From an uncultured Desulfatitalea sp. (GTDB lineage: Bacteria > Desulfobacterota > Desulfobacteria > Desulfobacterales > Desulfosarcinaceae), in the NCBI GenBank assembly GCA_963668675.2, contig CAXXMB010000002.1, positions 672,001-736,000 of the forward strand: DNA of 64,000 nt, read 5' to 3'. This document shows positions 1 through 9,784 of the stretch, in pieces. The stretch's first letter is position 1; every line of letters begins with the position of its first letter. The notes below the pieces were generated by a model. The model was given only the letters and a program-made list of their open reading frames with translations, ran no database searches and was not told where the DNA came from. The position numbers and the translations under genes are program-made.

Positions 1-1051
1 AGGTCAGAACGGAAACATGGGGCTTCAGGCCGGAGAAGCGGCACTTGACGTTCCAGAATTTCTCGAAACCGATATCTGCGGCAAAGCCGGACTCGGTTAC
101 ATGGTAGTCGAAGCACTTGAGGCCGACGCGGTCGGCAATAATTGAGCTCTGCCCCACGGCGATGTTGGCGAACGGTCCGGCATGCACGAAGCAGGGTTGA
201 TACTCGGCGGTGCACATCAGGGTCGGGTTGATGGTGTTGCGCATGAAGGCGGCCATGGCGTTGCCCACTTCCAGGTCGCCGCAGGTGACCGGTTTGCCGC
301 TCTTGTCGAAGGCCACGGTGATGTTGTTGATGCGCTCTTTCAGGTCGGCCAGATCGGTGGCCACGGCCAGGATGGCCATCAGCTCGGAGCCCACGGCGAT
401 GCCGAACTTGGACTGCATGGTGTAGCCGTCGAAGCGGCCGCCGAGGCCGATGACGATGTTGCGCAGGGCCTGGGCGCAGAAGTCGATGATCCAGCCCATC
501 TCCACGCGGGTGGGGTCGATGTCCAGGCGGCGCATACCGGTCAGGCGCTTGAGCTGCTCGTCGTTGTAGTTACGCTCATGCTGCATACGGGCGGTCATGG
601 CGACCATACCCAGGTTGTGGGCGTTCATGATGTCGTTGATGTCGCCGGTCAGTCCCAGGGAGAACTCGGTCATCGGAATCAGCAGGGAGTTGCCGCCGCC
701 AGCTGCGGTGCCTTTGACGTTCATGGTGGGGCCGCCCGAAGGCTGACGCAGGGCGCCGCCAACGTTCTTGCCGCGCATGCCCAACCCCTCCATCAGTCCT
801 ACGGAGGTGGTGCTTTTGCCTTCACCCAACGGTGTCGGGGTGATAGCGGTCACTTCGATGTACTTCCCGTCCGGTTTGTCTTTCAGACGATTGATCACTT
901 TGAGGAAATCAATCTTGGCAAGACGGCCCATGGGGAGCATCTCGTCGGGTTGCAGCCCCATTTTCTCGCGCCACTCATCGGGCGTGGGCATGTTCTTCTC
1001 TGCCGCTTCGGAAATCTGCCAGTCGGCCATTTTTGTCGCATCGTAAGGCAT
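1..1051 (-). CDS. fhs: Formate--tetrahydrofolate ligase (5' part; runs off window start)
   Basis: Not in ORF track; manual translation from ATG 1051 gives [15 protein letters not shown]...[17 protein letters not shown]...[20 protein letters not shown] (Fhs P-loop and signature); AAGGAGG RBS upstream. Confidence 0.95.
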   Translation of the reverse strand, partial: MPYDATKMADWQISEAAEKNMPTPDEWREKMGLQPDEMLPMGRLAKIDFLKVINRLKDKPDGKYIEVTAITPTPLGEGKSTTSVGLMEGLGMRGKNVGGALRQPSGGPTMNVKGTAAGGGNSLLIPMTEFSLGLTGDINDIMNAHNLGMVAMTARMQHERNYNDEQLKRLTGMRRLDIDPTRVEMGWIIDFCAQALRNIVIGLGGRFDGYTMQSKFGIAVGSELMAILAVATDLADLKERINNITVAFDKSGKPVTCGDLEVGNAMAAFMRNTINPTLMCTAEYQPCFVHAGPFANIAVGQSSIIADRVGLKCFDYHVTESGFAADIGFEKFWNVKCRFSGLKPHVSVLT

Positions 1052-1253
1052 CGATCCAACCTCCTTTATAGAATTAGTTATTAGAATGACGGGCGCATCG
1101 GCTCTCGTGCGCCGGGTTATTGTGTGGTTGCGAACCGCAAAGGAACCTTTGGAGTTGTATATCAGGGAACGAAGGCGATTTAGATTGCCAAACAGTGCGC
1201 TCTTAACACGCGTCCGGGAATTTGGCAAGCGCAAACGAGGACGAAGGGATAGG

Positions 1254-1430
1254 GAGTTTGTCGGGTTTATTGAGTTATAGAGTTTATCGAGTTTGTCGAG
1301 TTTGTTAGTTTGTCGAGTTTGTTGGGTTTGTTAGTTTGTCGAGTTTGTTGGGTTTGTTGAGTTGATTGAGTTATAGCGTTATCGGATTTGTCGGGTTGGC
1401 TGAGCCTGACAAAGAAAACCCAACAAACCC
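1254..1430. repeat. 9-bp minisatellite (GAGTTTGTC/GGGTTTGTT units) plus start of its inverted arm
   Basis: Degenerate 9-mer units 1254-~1398; reverse-complement units (AACAAACCC) at ~1408-1430. Confidence 0.9.
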
Positions 1431-1496
1431 GATATGGTTGAATGTTTGTCAACAGAAAAAAGCAGACCTAGCCAAGTAAAATCGGGTAGTGCTTTT

Positions 1497-1697
1497 CATC
1501 GAGTAGTTGGGCAGAGGCGGGGTCATTCATAACGACGGTTGATCACTCTGATATTCGCGGGTTGGCTACCGCCTGACTTGGTTACGTCGTGGAGCTGCCT
1601 CGGTCTAACAGCGGGAGTTTGAGCCGCAAGGCCTATTCCCAGGGTTTGTACGAGGGTTCTCCGAACCGTGACCGCGCCCCCACCCAACTACTCGATG
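1497..1697 (-). ncRNA. Candidate bridge/seek RNA of the IS110-family element
   Basis: Closed by 15-bp perfect stem (1497-1511/1683-1697) extending imperfectly to ~29 bp; internal loop segments match both insertion flanks. Confidence 0.75.
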
Positions 1698-1869
1698 CTA
1701 TGTGCTATTTGATATAAATATCCTCTGATCCAAAAGAGCTATTTTGCAAATAGAGATGATGCCAATCATCTCATGCCAACCCCAAAGCCGGAGTCGATCT
1801 GGTTGTCAAGGGCGCCGCCAGGCGTTCATCTTGACCCTTGACAACCAGATCGGCGGAGGCTACCCGCAC

Positions 1870-2979
1870 CTATGCCGCCAAGGGGATACGCCTGGCAATG
1901 GCCCAGATAAAACCGGCCAGTTCACGGGCAATGGCGGTGACGACAACGTTGTGTCTTTTTCCTCTGGCGATCAATCTCCGGTAGCGGTGGCATAAACGCA
2001 GCTGCGCCTTCCAGGAGATATCGACAACATCATCGGGCATTGCTTCTTGCCGTTTGCGTATCGTTGCGCTTTTGCGGGCGGGCAACCGATACGCCTGTGC
2101 CGATTCGATCAGGGCCTTGCGCACATGGGTATTGCCGGTTTTGGTGATGCCGCCCTTTTTGACGCTATTGCCCGATGAATGCTCCGAGGGAACAAGACCC
2201 AAATAGGCCATCAACTGGGCCGGATTGTCAAAGCGGCTCAGATCGCCAAGTTCGGCAACGACCGTCACAGCGCTGATCAGCGACACGCCCCGGAGACACT
2301 GAAGGGCCTGGACAACAGGGCCAAGGCGCCAGCTGTGGCAAAAATATGCTATCTGCTCGTTGATGCGTCTTACCCGAGCCTCGGTACTTGCCATCGTATC
2401 CAGGTACTCGGTCAAGGCAATCTGCTGGGCCGGATGAGCCATTTTAATGTCCCTGAGCCAATTCAGATGCGCCTTGCACCATTTGGTTCTGCCCGGATAG
2501 ATGATTGCGTGGCGAAGCAAATAGGCATTGATCTGTTGCTTGACGGTGCGCAGCGCCTTTTGAATATCGCCACGGGCGCGAACCAGATCGCGAAGGGCTT
2601 CATCTTGCTCATCGGGCACATAAACGGCGGTAAGTTCTCCGGCTCGATGCAGCGTCGCCAGCTTTATGGCGTCTCTGCGATCATTTTTGACCCGAGCACC
2701 GCTTTTTTTAGGAATCAATGCCGGAGCGACCACAACACAATCGATCCCGTTGCTTTTTAAATGCCTGTAAAGCGGATACCCGCAGGGGCCGGCTTCATAG
2801 ACACAGCGCAACTGTGCGTTTTGCGAGATCAACTTTCGCATGACCTTGTCGATTTGATCAGGATCGTTGGCGATTTTGCCATATACCCGGACGTTGCCGC
2901 TGCGCCCCTCATCGGCAATGGCAATGGTGATCGAATCTTTGTGGACATCCAAACCAACATACTTTACTATCTTGTTCAT
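1870..2979 (-). CDS. IS110-family transposase/recombinase
   Basis: YVGLDVHK, YEAGPCG, KNDRRDA (DEDD) and GLVPSEHSSG (Tnp-domain Ser); AAGGAGG RBS favours ATG 2979 over 3027. Confidence 0.96.
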   Translation of the reverse strand: MNKIVKYVGLDVHKDSITIAIADEGRSGNVRVYGKIANDPDQIDKVMRKLISQNAQLRCVYEAGPCGYPLYRHLKSNGIDCVVVAPALIPKKSGARVKNDRRDAIKLATLHRAGELTAVYVPDEQDEALRDLVRARGDIQKALRTVKQQINAYLLRHAIIYPGRTKWCKAHLNWLRDIKMAHPAQQIALTEYLDTMASTEARVRRINEQIAYFCHSWRLGPVVQALQCLRGVSLISAVTVVAELGDLSRFDNPAQLMAYLGLVPSEHSSGNSVKKGGITKTGNTHVRKALIESAQAYRLPARKSATIRKRQEAMPDDVVDISWKAQLRLCHRYRRLIARGKRHNVVVTAIARELAGFIWAIARRIPLAA

Positions 2980-3103
2980 GGCCTGCCTCCTTGATTTTGG
3001 CTCTGTAGTGAGGGTTTTAAGTTGCACTTACTATAACCCACGTCTTCAAGGCTAGGCAGGCCTTTTTCTCACTGCGCTGTCTTATCCTTCAACCATATTG
3101 TCT

Positions 3104-3148
3104 AACAAACTCGACAAACTCAACGAACTCAACAAACTCAACGAACCC
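3104..3148. repeat. Continuation of inverted 9-bp minisatellite arm (AACAAACTC units)
   Basis: aacaaactc gacaaactc aacgaactc aacaaactc aacgaaccc. Confidence 0.9.
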
Positions 3149-5144
3149 CTTGATCCTGTCGGTAGAGCCGCGCATAGAGCCCGTCTGCCTCCAGCAACTG
3201 CTGGTGGGTGCCCTCTTCCAGCGTCCGCCCCTCGTGCAGCACCACGATTCGGTCGGCCTTTCGGGCAGTGGAGAGGCGATGGGCGACCACCACGCAGGTG
3301 CGCCCGGCAATCAGATTGTCCAGAGCGCTGTATATGGCGGCCTCGGTCTGGGAGTCGATATAGGAGGTGGCTTCATCCAAAAGGATGATCTGGGCATCGC
3401 GCGCCAGAGCGCGGGCGATGGTAATGAGCTGCCGCTCGCCGCTGGAGAGCTCGACGCCGCCCTTCTCCAGATGGGTGTATAGCCCCTGGCTCAGCTGCGC
3501 CACCAGCGCTTGGCAGTGGGCCGAGGCGATGATGCGCTCCACGGTCGCCTCGTCCACGCGCTCCGGGTCGGGAAAGATGTTCTGCCGTACGGTGGCGGAA
3601 AAGAGAACCGGCTCTTGAGTGACCAGCGCGGTGAGTCCCTTGAGACGGTCAGGCTCGTAAGCGCGCATATCCCTTCCGTTGACCCGAACCGAACCTGAAT
3701 CGGGATCGTAGAAGCGCTGGATCAGGTTGAGCAGACTGGTCTTGCCCGCTCCGGTGGGTCCGACCAGCGCAACAGTCTCTCCCCGGCGGATGTCGAGGCT
3801 CACATCGCGCAGAATCCATTCGCCCGGTGTGTAGGCGAAAGAGACGCGATCCAGCTCGAGATGTTCCAGCTCGACCGGAGCATCATCGGCCCCAGGTCCG
3901 GTCGGGGACCCTGAGCGGATCGCTTGCGGCAGGCGCTCGTCGACATCCAGAATTCCGAAGATCCGTTCGGCCGACGCCATGGCGTTCTGTAGCACATTGT
4001 AGTTTTCGGCCAGGTCCCTCATGGGGCGGAAAAACATCCGCATGTATGAGATGGCCAGCACCAGAACCCCCAGACTGATATGGCCGCCCAGCACCTGATG
4101 CCCGCCGAAGAGGATCAGCACGGCCACCGATACGATTCCCAATATTTCGATGGCGGGCATGAAGATGGCAAAGACATGGATCTCACGCATGCCCAGGCGC
4201 AGATTCTCCTCGTTGAGCCGTGAAAAACGCCTGTAGTTGCTCGTCTCCTGGGCAAAGCTCTGGATGGTGCGAATCCCCTCGATCGATTCGGCCATGCGGG
4301 TATTGATCTCGGCCACCTTCACCCGCAAGGCCCGGTAGACCTCCCGCGCACGTGATGAAAAGCGAAACGCCAGCCACACGACCAGCGGCAGAACCGCAAA
4401 GGCCACCAGCGTCAGTTGCCAGTCGATGATCAGCAGCACGATGGCGATGCCCATCAGCAGAAAGACATCCTTGAACACCATGGAGACAAAGGTGGTGAAC
4501 AGTTCGTGCATGTTCTGCACATCGTTGGTCGCCCGGGTCACCAGGCGCGCCACCGGCTGGCGCGCAAAGAAGGCCATGCTCTGCTGCTGGATGTGGCTGT
4601 AGAGCCGCATACGCAGATCGTGCATGATGGTGTGCCCGGCCCGCTCCATGATGACACGCTGGAAAAAAGTGATGCCGAATTCGACGACCACTAGGGCCAA
4701 AAAGAGGACAACCACCCAGCCCAATCCCTCGATGTCATCCCGCCGCAGGGTGGCAAGCTCTTTTTGGGACAGCCGATCGATCCCATCGTAGGCGATCCTG
4801 GCCTGCGCGCCGTCTGTCTCGAACAGATCGGGGTATCGGTCCACGATGGCGCGCACCGCGTCAGTCGAGAGGGTCACGGTAAGATAGCGCCGTCCATCCG
4901 CTTTGATGGAGCGTCCCGCAGCACCGCTCGCATCTGTGGCCGGGGGCACGATATAGCGGTCGATGGCGATCTTGCTGAAATAGGGAAGTGTCAGCTCGAC
5001 GAGCGTGAGCACCACCACCAGAACCACCGAGCCGATGAGCATGCGCCGGTGGGGGCGCACCAGTGGCCAGAGGCGCTTGAGCAGTGCCGGGTCGTATGGC
5101 TTTCCCGTGTGCCCTTCTTCCACATAGCCGTAGTCACCGCGCAT
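3138..5144 (-). CDS. ABC exporter, fused permease/ATPase (MdlB-like half)
   Basis: TM domain, Walker A GPTGAGKT, LSSGERQ, LLDEAT, AHRLST; probable start MRGDYG at 5144 overlapping upstream gene. Confidence 0.92.
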   Translation of the reverse strand: MRGDYGYVEEGHTGKPYDPALLKRLWPLVRPHRRMLIGSVVLVVVLTLVELTLPYFSKIAIDRYIVPPATDASGAAGRSIKADGRRYLTVTLSTDAVRAIVDRYPDLFETDGAQARIAYDGIDRLSQKELATLRRDDIEGLGWVVVLFLALVVVEFGITFFQRVIMERAGHTIMHDLRMRLYSHIQQQSMAFFARQPVARLVTRATNDVQNMHELFTTFVSMVFKDVFLLMGIAIVLLIIDWQLTLVAFAVLPLVVWLAFRFSSRAREVYRALRVKVAEINTRMAESIEGIRTIQSFAQETSNYRRFSRLNEENLRLGMREIHVFAIFMPAIEILGIVSVAVLILFGGHQVLGGHISLGVLVLAISYMRMFFRPMRDLAENYNVLQNAMASAERIFGILDVDERLPQAIRSGSPTGPGADDAPVELEHLELDRVSFAYTPGEWILRDVSLDIRRGETVALVGPTGAGKTSLLNLIQRFYDPDSGSVRVNGRDMRAYEPDRLKGLTALVTQEPVLFSATVRQNIFPDPERVDEATVERIIASAHCQALVAQLSQGLYTHLEKGGVELSSGERQLITIARALARDAQIILLDEATSYIDSQTEAAIYSALDNLIAGRTCVVVAHRLSTARKADRIVVLHEGRTLEEGTHQQLLEADGLYARLYRQDQGVR

Positions 5145-6873
5145 GTTCAAACTCCTGCAACGCATGGACCTTGGCGTAGTATCCGTTCCCGGCCGACAGC
5201 TCCTCGTGGGTGCCTGATTCGACCACGCGCCCCTGATCCAGGGTGATGATCTGATCCGCAAAGTGCACGGCCGAAAGCCGGTGGGAGGCGATCAGTATCG
5301 TCTTCTGCCCCGCCATGCGCCGGATGGCCGCCACGATGGTCGCCGCCGTGCGGGTGTCCACCTGGCTGATCGGGTCGTCCAAAAGCAGAAGAGGGGTATC
5401 GACGAGCATCGCCCGGGCCAGTGCGATGCGCTGCTTCTGCCCGCCGGAGATCAAAACCCCCTTCTCCCCCACCCGGGTCTCCAGCCCGGCTGGCAAGGCA
5501 GCCAGGGTCTCGGTCAACCCGGCATCGGCGACCGCTTGTTCGAAGCGGCTTTCGCACTGCCGCCCACAACCGAAGAGCAGATTCTCCCCCACTGTCCCGG
5601 CAAAAAGGAACGGCTCCTGGGGCACATAGGCCACCAGGCGCCTCAGGTCGGCCAGTTCGATACTTCGCAGATCCCGGCCGTCGAGGGTAATCTGGCCCCG
5701 TGTGGCGTCATACAGCCGCGGCACCAGGCTCAGCAGGGTGCTCTTGCCGCTGCCCGGCGGCCCCACGATACCCAGGACACTGCCCGCTGGGATATCGACC
5801 CGGATATCGGACAGAGCGGCCTGCCGCAGATCGTCACCATAGGCAAAGGTCACCTGCTCGAAGCAGAGCCGCCCTTCGGCCGTGGCCATGGGGAGCGCAT
5901 CGGGGGCGCTGGAAATCGCCGGCTGCTGCTCAAAAATGGTGTTCAACCGCTGGAGGGAGGCTCCCCCGCGCTGGATCAGGTTCGTCACCCAGCCCAAGGC
6001 CATCATCGGCCAGGAGAGCAGGCCAAGATAGCTGATGAAGGCCACGAAATCGCCGGGTGTGATCTCGTTGAGAATCGATTTGCGGCCTCCCAGGTAGAGC
6101 ACGATGGCAAGGCTCAGGTTGGTCAACAGCACCATCAGAGGGAAAAAGACGCCCGTCACACCGACCAGACGCATGTTCTGGGACACATAGGCCCTGGATA
6201 CCCCCTCGACCACCTGCAGGGCAGCCGCCTCCGCGTTGTGGGCCTTGATCATGCGGACACCGGCGCAGCGCTCACGAATCGCTTCGGTCAGATCGGAAAA
6301 TGCAGCCTGAACACCCTGGTAGCGTCGGTGCAACCGGCGCCCCAGCAGACGGGCACTGAGCACCACCAGGGGCATTGGGATAAGCACATAGAGGGTAAGC
6401 TCCACATGGATGTAGAGCATGAAACCGATGGCGGCCGCGCCGAGCACGATGGCGTCGTTGAGCGCCACGAGCCCCATGCCTGAGGCCATGCGCACCTGCT
6501 GAATGTCGTTGGTGGCGTGGGCCATCAGATCGCCGGTTTTGGTGCGATCGAAGAAGCTGGCCGACAAGGTTTGCAGATGCGCCAGAAGCCGGTCGCGCAA
6601 GGCGGCTTCCAGATGCCGGGCCGTTCCGAGAAGACACCTGCGCCATATGTAGCGAAAGACCCCGATCATCAGGGCCAGCGCTGCAATCGCGGCGGCGTAG
6701 CGCAGCAGCCGCTCCGTATCGGCCCGCAGCAGGGTGAGATCGTCCACGGTCCACTTGATCACCCGGGGGACCATGAGCTGCATGAAATCCACGGCAATGA
6801 GAGACGCCAGGCCCAGGGCAATGGTGCGCCAGTGTGTGATAAAGTAGGGTTTGATCAGGTCGCGTGGCTTCAT
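5134..6873 (-). CDS. ABC exporter, fused permease/ATPase (MdlA-like half, degenerate Walker B)
   Basis: GPPGSGKS, ISGGQKQR, LLLDDP, SHRLS; typical heterodimeric exporter pair. Confidence 0.92.
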   Translation of the reverse strand: MKPRDLIKPYFITHWRTIALGLASLIAVDFMQLMVPRVIKWTVDDLTLLRADTERLLRYAAAIAALALMIGVFRYIWRRCLLGTARHLEAALRDRLLAHLQTLSASFFDRTKTGDLMAHATNDIQQVRMASGMGLVALNDAIVLGAAAIGFMLYIHVELTLYVLIPMPLVVLSARLLGRRLHRRYQGVQAAFSDLTEAIRERCAGVRMIKAHNAEAAALQVVEGVSRAYVSQNMRLVGVTGVFFPLMVLLTNLSLAIVLYLGGRKSILNEITPGDFVAFISYLGLLSWPMMALGWVTNLIQRGGASLQRLNTIFEQQPAISSAPDALPMATAEGRLCFEQVTFAYGDDLRQAALSDIRVDIPAGSVLGIVGPPGSGKSTLLSLVPRLYDATRGQITLDGRDLRSIELADLRRLVAYVPQEPFLFAGTVGENLLFGCGRQCESRFEQAVADAGLTETLAALPAGLETRVGEKGVLISGGQKQRIALARAMLVDTPLLLLDDPISQVDTRTAATIVAAIRRMAGQKTILIASHRLSAVHFADQIITLDQGRVVESGTHEELSAGNGYYAKVHALQEFEHAR

Positions 6874-6886
6874 AAAATTTAGAAGG

Positions 6887-7036
6887 AGTTTAAAGTTTTA
6901 AGTGTAAAGTTTGAAGTTGCTGTATTCTGTCTATTTATCAGGACAGCCTGCTTTCCATGTATCAGACTGAAACAATTGCTCACATCATAATGGCAGAATA
7001 CCTTGACTTGAAACTTTACACTTCAGACTTTAAACT
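6887..7036. repeat. Inverted heptamer-array element, copy 1
   Basis: agtttaa-type units 6887-6917, inverse actttaa-type units 7006-7036; inner GTATTCTGTC (6922) pairs with GGCAGAATAC (6992-7001). Confidence 0.8.
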
Positions 7037-7207
7037 CTGTTCCTTTTCCAGTTTTGTTCCGGTACCGCTCTCGATAAAAACACAGGTTGGTAAGATAAGG
7101 CGCAGTTCGCCCTCGGTCAACCTGTTGTTTTGGTTTATTTTTCGTGCATCGGCCGCCGATTGACTTTGCCCAGGCGGCTTGTTAAAAGGGGCCGAGAAAG
7201 GAAATCA

Positions 7208-9190
7208 ATGGAACCGGGTCAGGTGGTAGAATATATCGACAGCCAGAAGATCTTCTGTGCGGTGGTGCTGGAGGCCAAAAACCTCAGGCTGCGGCTGCTG
7301 ACCGAAAACAACCGGGAGGTGAAACTCTCCGCCGGCCGATTGGTTCACCGCTCCACGGAGCGTTTGGACACCTCCATGGGACGCGACAAGCTTGCCGGCA
7401 GCCTGAAGGAGATGGCCGAAGCGCGAAAAAGACTGAGCGCCACCATCGACATTCAAAGTTTATGGGAGGTGCTGCAGGGTGAAGCGGCGTCGATCGACCT
7501 GGCCACCATGACGGCCCTCTGCTTTCCGGAGCACGCCAACAGCGATCATGAATCGGCCGTGATCCGGGCTTTTTTCAACGATCGTCTCTACTTCAAGTTC
7601 AGCCCCGACCAGTTCTCCCCCTACTCGACGGCCAAAGTCGAACAGATCATCACCCAGCGGAAGAAGCAGAAAGAGGAGGTGCGTCTCGTCGAACAGGGCA
7701 GCGCCTGGCTCAAAGGCGTTCTCAAGGGTCCGGTGCCTGCGACGCCGCCCCCAACGGCGCAGGAGATCATACGCATTCTCTCATCGTACCACCTGTTCGA
7801 AAAGGAGAGTCCGGAACGCGACATCGGGCGTGCCATCCTCAAACGCGCGGGTGCCAGTTCGGTGGAGGTCATCTTCGACTTCCTCGTGAAAATCGGCGCC
7901 TGGCAGTCCGATGAGAACCTCGATCTGCTGCGCGAAGGGATCAGCGCCCCATTTCCGGAAACGGTCCATCAGCGCGCCGAAGTGCTTTGCAGCAGCCCGC
8001 CGGCAGCCACCGACAAGAGGCGGGACCTGCGCGACCTTCCATTGATCACCATCGACGGGCCGTCGACCCAGGACTTCGACGACGCCTTGAGCATCATCCC
8101 CCAAGGCGACCGATTCGTCATCGGCATCCACATCGCGGATGTGTGCCACCACCTGGCCAAGGACGATCCCATCGCCCGCGAGGCCATGAACCGCTGCAGC
8201 TCCATCTACATGCCCGACCAGAAGATCAGCATGCTGCCCGAGTCGCTCTCCCAAGGCATCTGCAGCCTCAAACGAGACGAGGATCGGCCGGCGATCAGCA
8301 CCCTCGTGACCCTATCGCCCGAGGCTGATATTGAGCATTTCGAAATCGTCCCCAGCCTGATCCGTGTCCAGCGGCAGCTCACTTATCAGGACGCGGACCT
8401 CCTGGCCGAAAGTGACCAAGAGATCCGGGCCCTGCACACCATCGCCCGCGCCTGCCGCAACCGGCGACTGGACGACGGCGCCCTGATCATCGAACTGCCC
8501 GAGATCGGCGTCCACATCGGCGCCGACCGTAAGCCAACCGTATCGCGCGTCGACCGTGAGAACCCGTCCAATCTGCTGGTGTCGGAACTGATGATCCTGG
8601 CCAACAGCCTGGCTGCCCGCCTGCTCAGTGAAAACGGGGTTCCGGCCATCTTCCGCTCCCAGGCCGAGCCCCGGGAGCGCCTCTTCGAACGCGACCAGGC
8701 CTCTCTCTTTCAATACTGGATGCAGCGTAAACAGATCAGCCGTTTCATTCTGGGCCACAGCGCCGAACCGCATTCGGGCTTAGGTGTCCCGGCCTATGTG
8801 ACCTGCACCTCTCCCATACGCAAATACTCCGACCTGATCACGCAACGACAGATACGGTCCGTTCTGGGCCTGGAAGAGGCCTATAGCGAAGCGCAGATCG
8901 ACCAGATCATCGCCGCCATGGCAGAGCCCATGGCCACCGTCGGCCGGATCCAGTACCGCCGCCATCGCTACTGGCTGCTCAAATACCTGGAGAGCCGCAT
9001 CGGCACCAAGGAGGAGGCCATCGTTCTTCACAAGCGGCGCGGCGGCTATAACATACTGCTGCCCCAATACCTGATCGAATGCCACCTCTCCGGCGCCGAA
9101 AACATCACCCTGAAGCCCGAAGACCTGACCCAGGTCACCCTGCAGCACGCGAATGCACGCAAAGACATTCTCAATGTATATTTAGGTTAA
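7208..9190 (+). CDS. RNB-domain exoribonuclease (RNase II/R family)
   Basis: TIDGPSTQDFDDALS, HIADV, ELMILAN, TSPIRKYSDL motifs; probable start MEPGQ at 7208. Confidence 0.92.
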   Translation: MEPGQVVEYIDSQKIFCAVVLEAKNLRLRLLTENNREVKLSAGRLVHRSTERLDTSMGRDKLAGSLKEMAEARKRLSATIDIQSLWEVLQGEAASIDLATMTALCFPEHANSDHESAVIRAFFNDRLYFKFSPDQFSPYSTAKVEQIITQRKKQKEEVRLVEQGSAWLKGVLKGPVPATPPPTAQEIIRILSSYHLFEKESPERDIGRAILKRAGASSVEVIFDFLVKIGAWQSDENLDLLREGISAPFPETVHQRAEVLCSSPPAATDKRRDLRDLPLITIDGPSTQDFDDALSIIPQGDRFVIGIHIADVCHHLAKDDPIAREAMNRCSSIYMPDQKISMLPESLSQGICSLKRDEDRPAISTLVTLSPEADIEHFEIVPSLIRVQRQLTYQDADLLAESDQEIRALHTIARACRNRRLDDGALIIELPEIGVHIGADRKPTVSRVDRENPSNLLVSELMILANSLAARLLSENGVPAIFRSQAEPRERLFERDQASLFQYWMQRKQISRFILGHSAEPHSGLGVPAYVTCTSPIRKYSDLITQRQIRSVLGLEEAYSEAQIDQIIAAMAEPMATVGRIQYRRHRYWLLKYLESRIGTKEEAIVLHKRRGGYNILLPQYLIECHLSGAENITLKPEDLTQVTLQHANARKDILNVYLG

Positions 9191-9193
9191 CAG

Positions 9194-9330
9194 GGTTCAA
9201 AGTGGAAAGTTTAAAGTTTAAAGTGAAGGTATTCTGTCTATTTGGATTGCAATAAGAGGGTGGCAGATCATGCCGCCTCTGAAATGGAGGAACTCCTTAA
9301 CTTTCCACTTTAAACTTTCCACCTTAAACT
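9194..9330. repeat. Inverted heptamer-array element, copy 2
   Basis: agtggaa/agtttaa units 9194-9228, inverse units 9300-9330; shares GTATTCTGTCTATTT (9229-9243) with copy 1. Confidence 0.8.
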
Positions 9331-9361
9331 TCATCAACCCTTTGTCGCCCGATTTCAGGAA

Positions 9362-9784
9362 ATGCTAAAAATCAACGATACCCTCTCCATTCCACTCTCC
9401 GAAATCACCATCGATGCCATCCGGGCGCAAGGCGCCGGGGGACAGAATGTAAACAAAGTGGCTTCCGCCGTCCACCTGCGTTTCGACATCCCATCCTCCT
9501 CATTGCCCGAAAGCTACAAAACACGGCTGATGCAGCTCCAGGACCATCGCATCACACGCGAAGGGGTCATCATCATCAAGGCCCAGGAGCACCGCAGCCA
9601 GGACAAAAATCGAGCCGCTGCGCTGGAACGTCTTCAACATTTGATCCATAAAGCAACCATTGCGCCCAAAAAGAGAAGATCGACCCGCCCGAGCCTGAAA
9701 GCCAGACAGAAGCGCACCGATCGCAAGGTCAAAAGGGGGCGCACCAAAGCGTTGAGAGCCAAGATCAAGATCGACCGCACATAG
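9362..9784 (+). CDS. arfB: Alternative ribosome-rescue peptidyl-tRNA hydrolase
   Basis: GAGGQNVNKV motif, RSQDKNR, basic C-terminal tail. Confidence 0.93.
   Translation: MLKINDTLSIPLSEITIDAIRAQGAGGQNVNKVASAVHLRFDIPSSSLPESYKTRLMQLQDHRITREGVIIIKAQEHRSQDKNRAAALERLQHLIHKATIAPKKRRSTRPSLKARQKRTDRKVKRGRTKALRAKIKIDRT

Larger units (their letters stand above)
1431..3101 (-). mobile_element. IS110-family insertion sequence, IS1111-like organisation
   Basis: DEDD transposase; 11-bp sub-terminal IR ATATGGTTGAA 1432-1442 / TTCAACCATAT 3088-3098; long non-coding region downstream of the gene; removing it restores the 9-mer periodicity of the flanks. Confidence 0.9.

Noticed and set aside
182..1084. 300-aa plus-strand ORF
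   Set aside because: Antisense shadow of fhs; the many similar long ORFs opposite real genes (e.g. 14358-15833, 16063-17331, 34878-36278, 63383-63997) are rejected for the same reason
1060..1250. ZTP/THF riboswitch upstream of fhs
   Set aside because: No recognisable aptamer consensus by eye; only a weak TTGCCA-17-TAAGAG promoter-like match
1254..1452. CRISPR array or repeat protein (ORF 1267-1452; also 3089-3310 VEFVEF)
   Set aside because: Contiguous 9-mers without spacers and no cas genes; the ORFs are translations of the minisatellite
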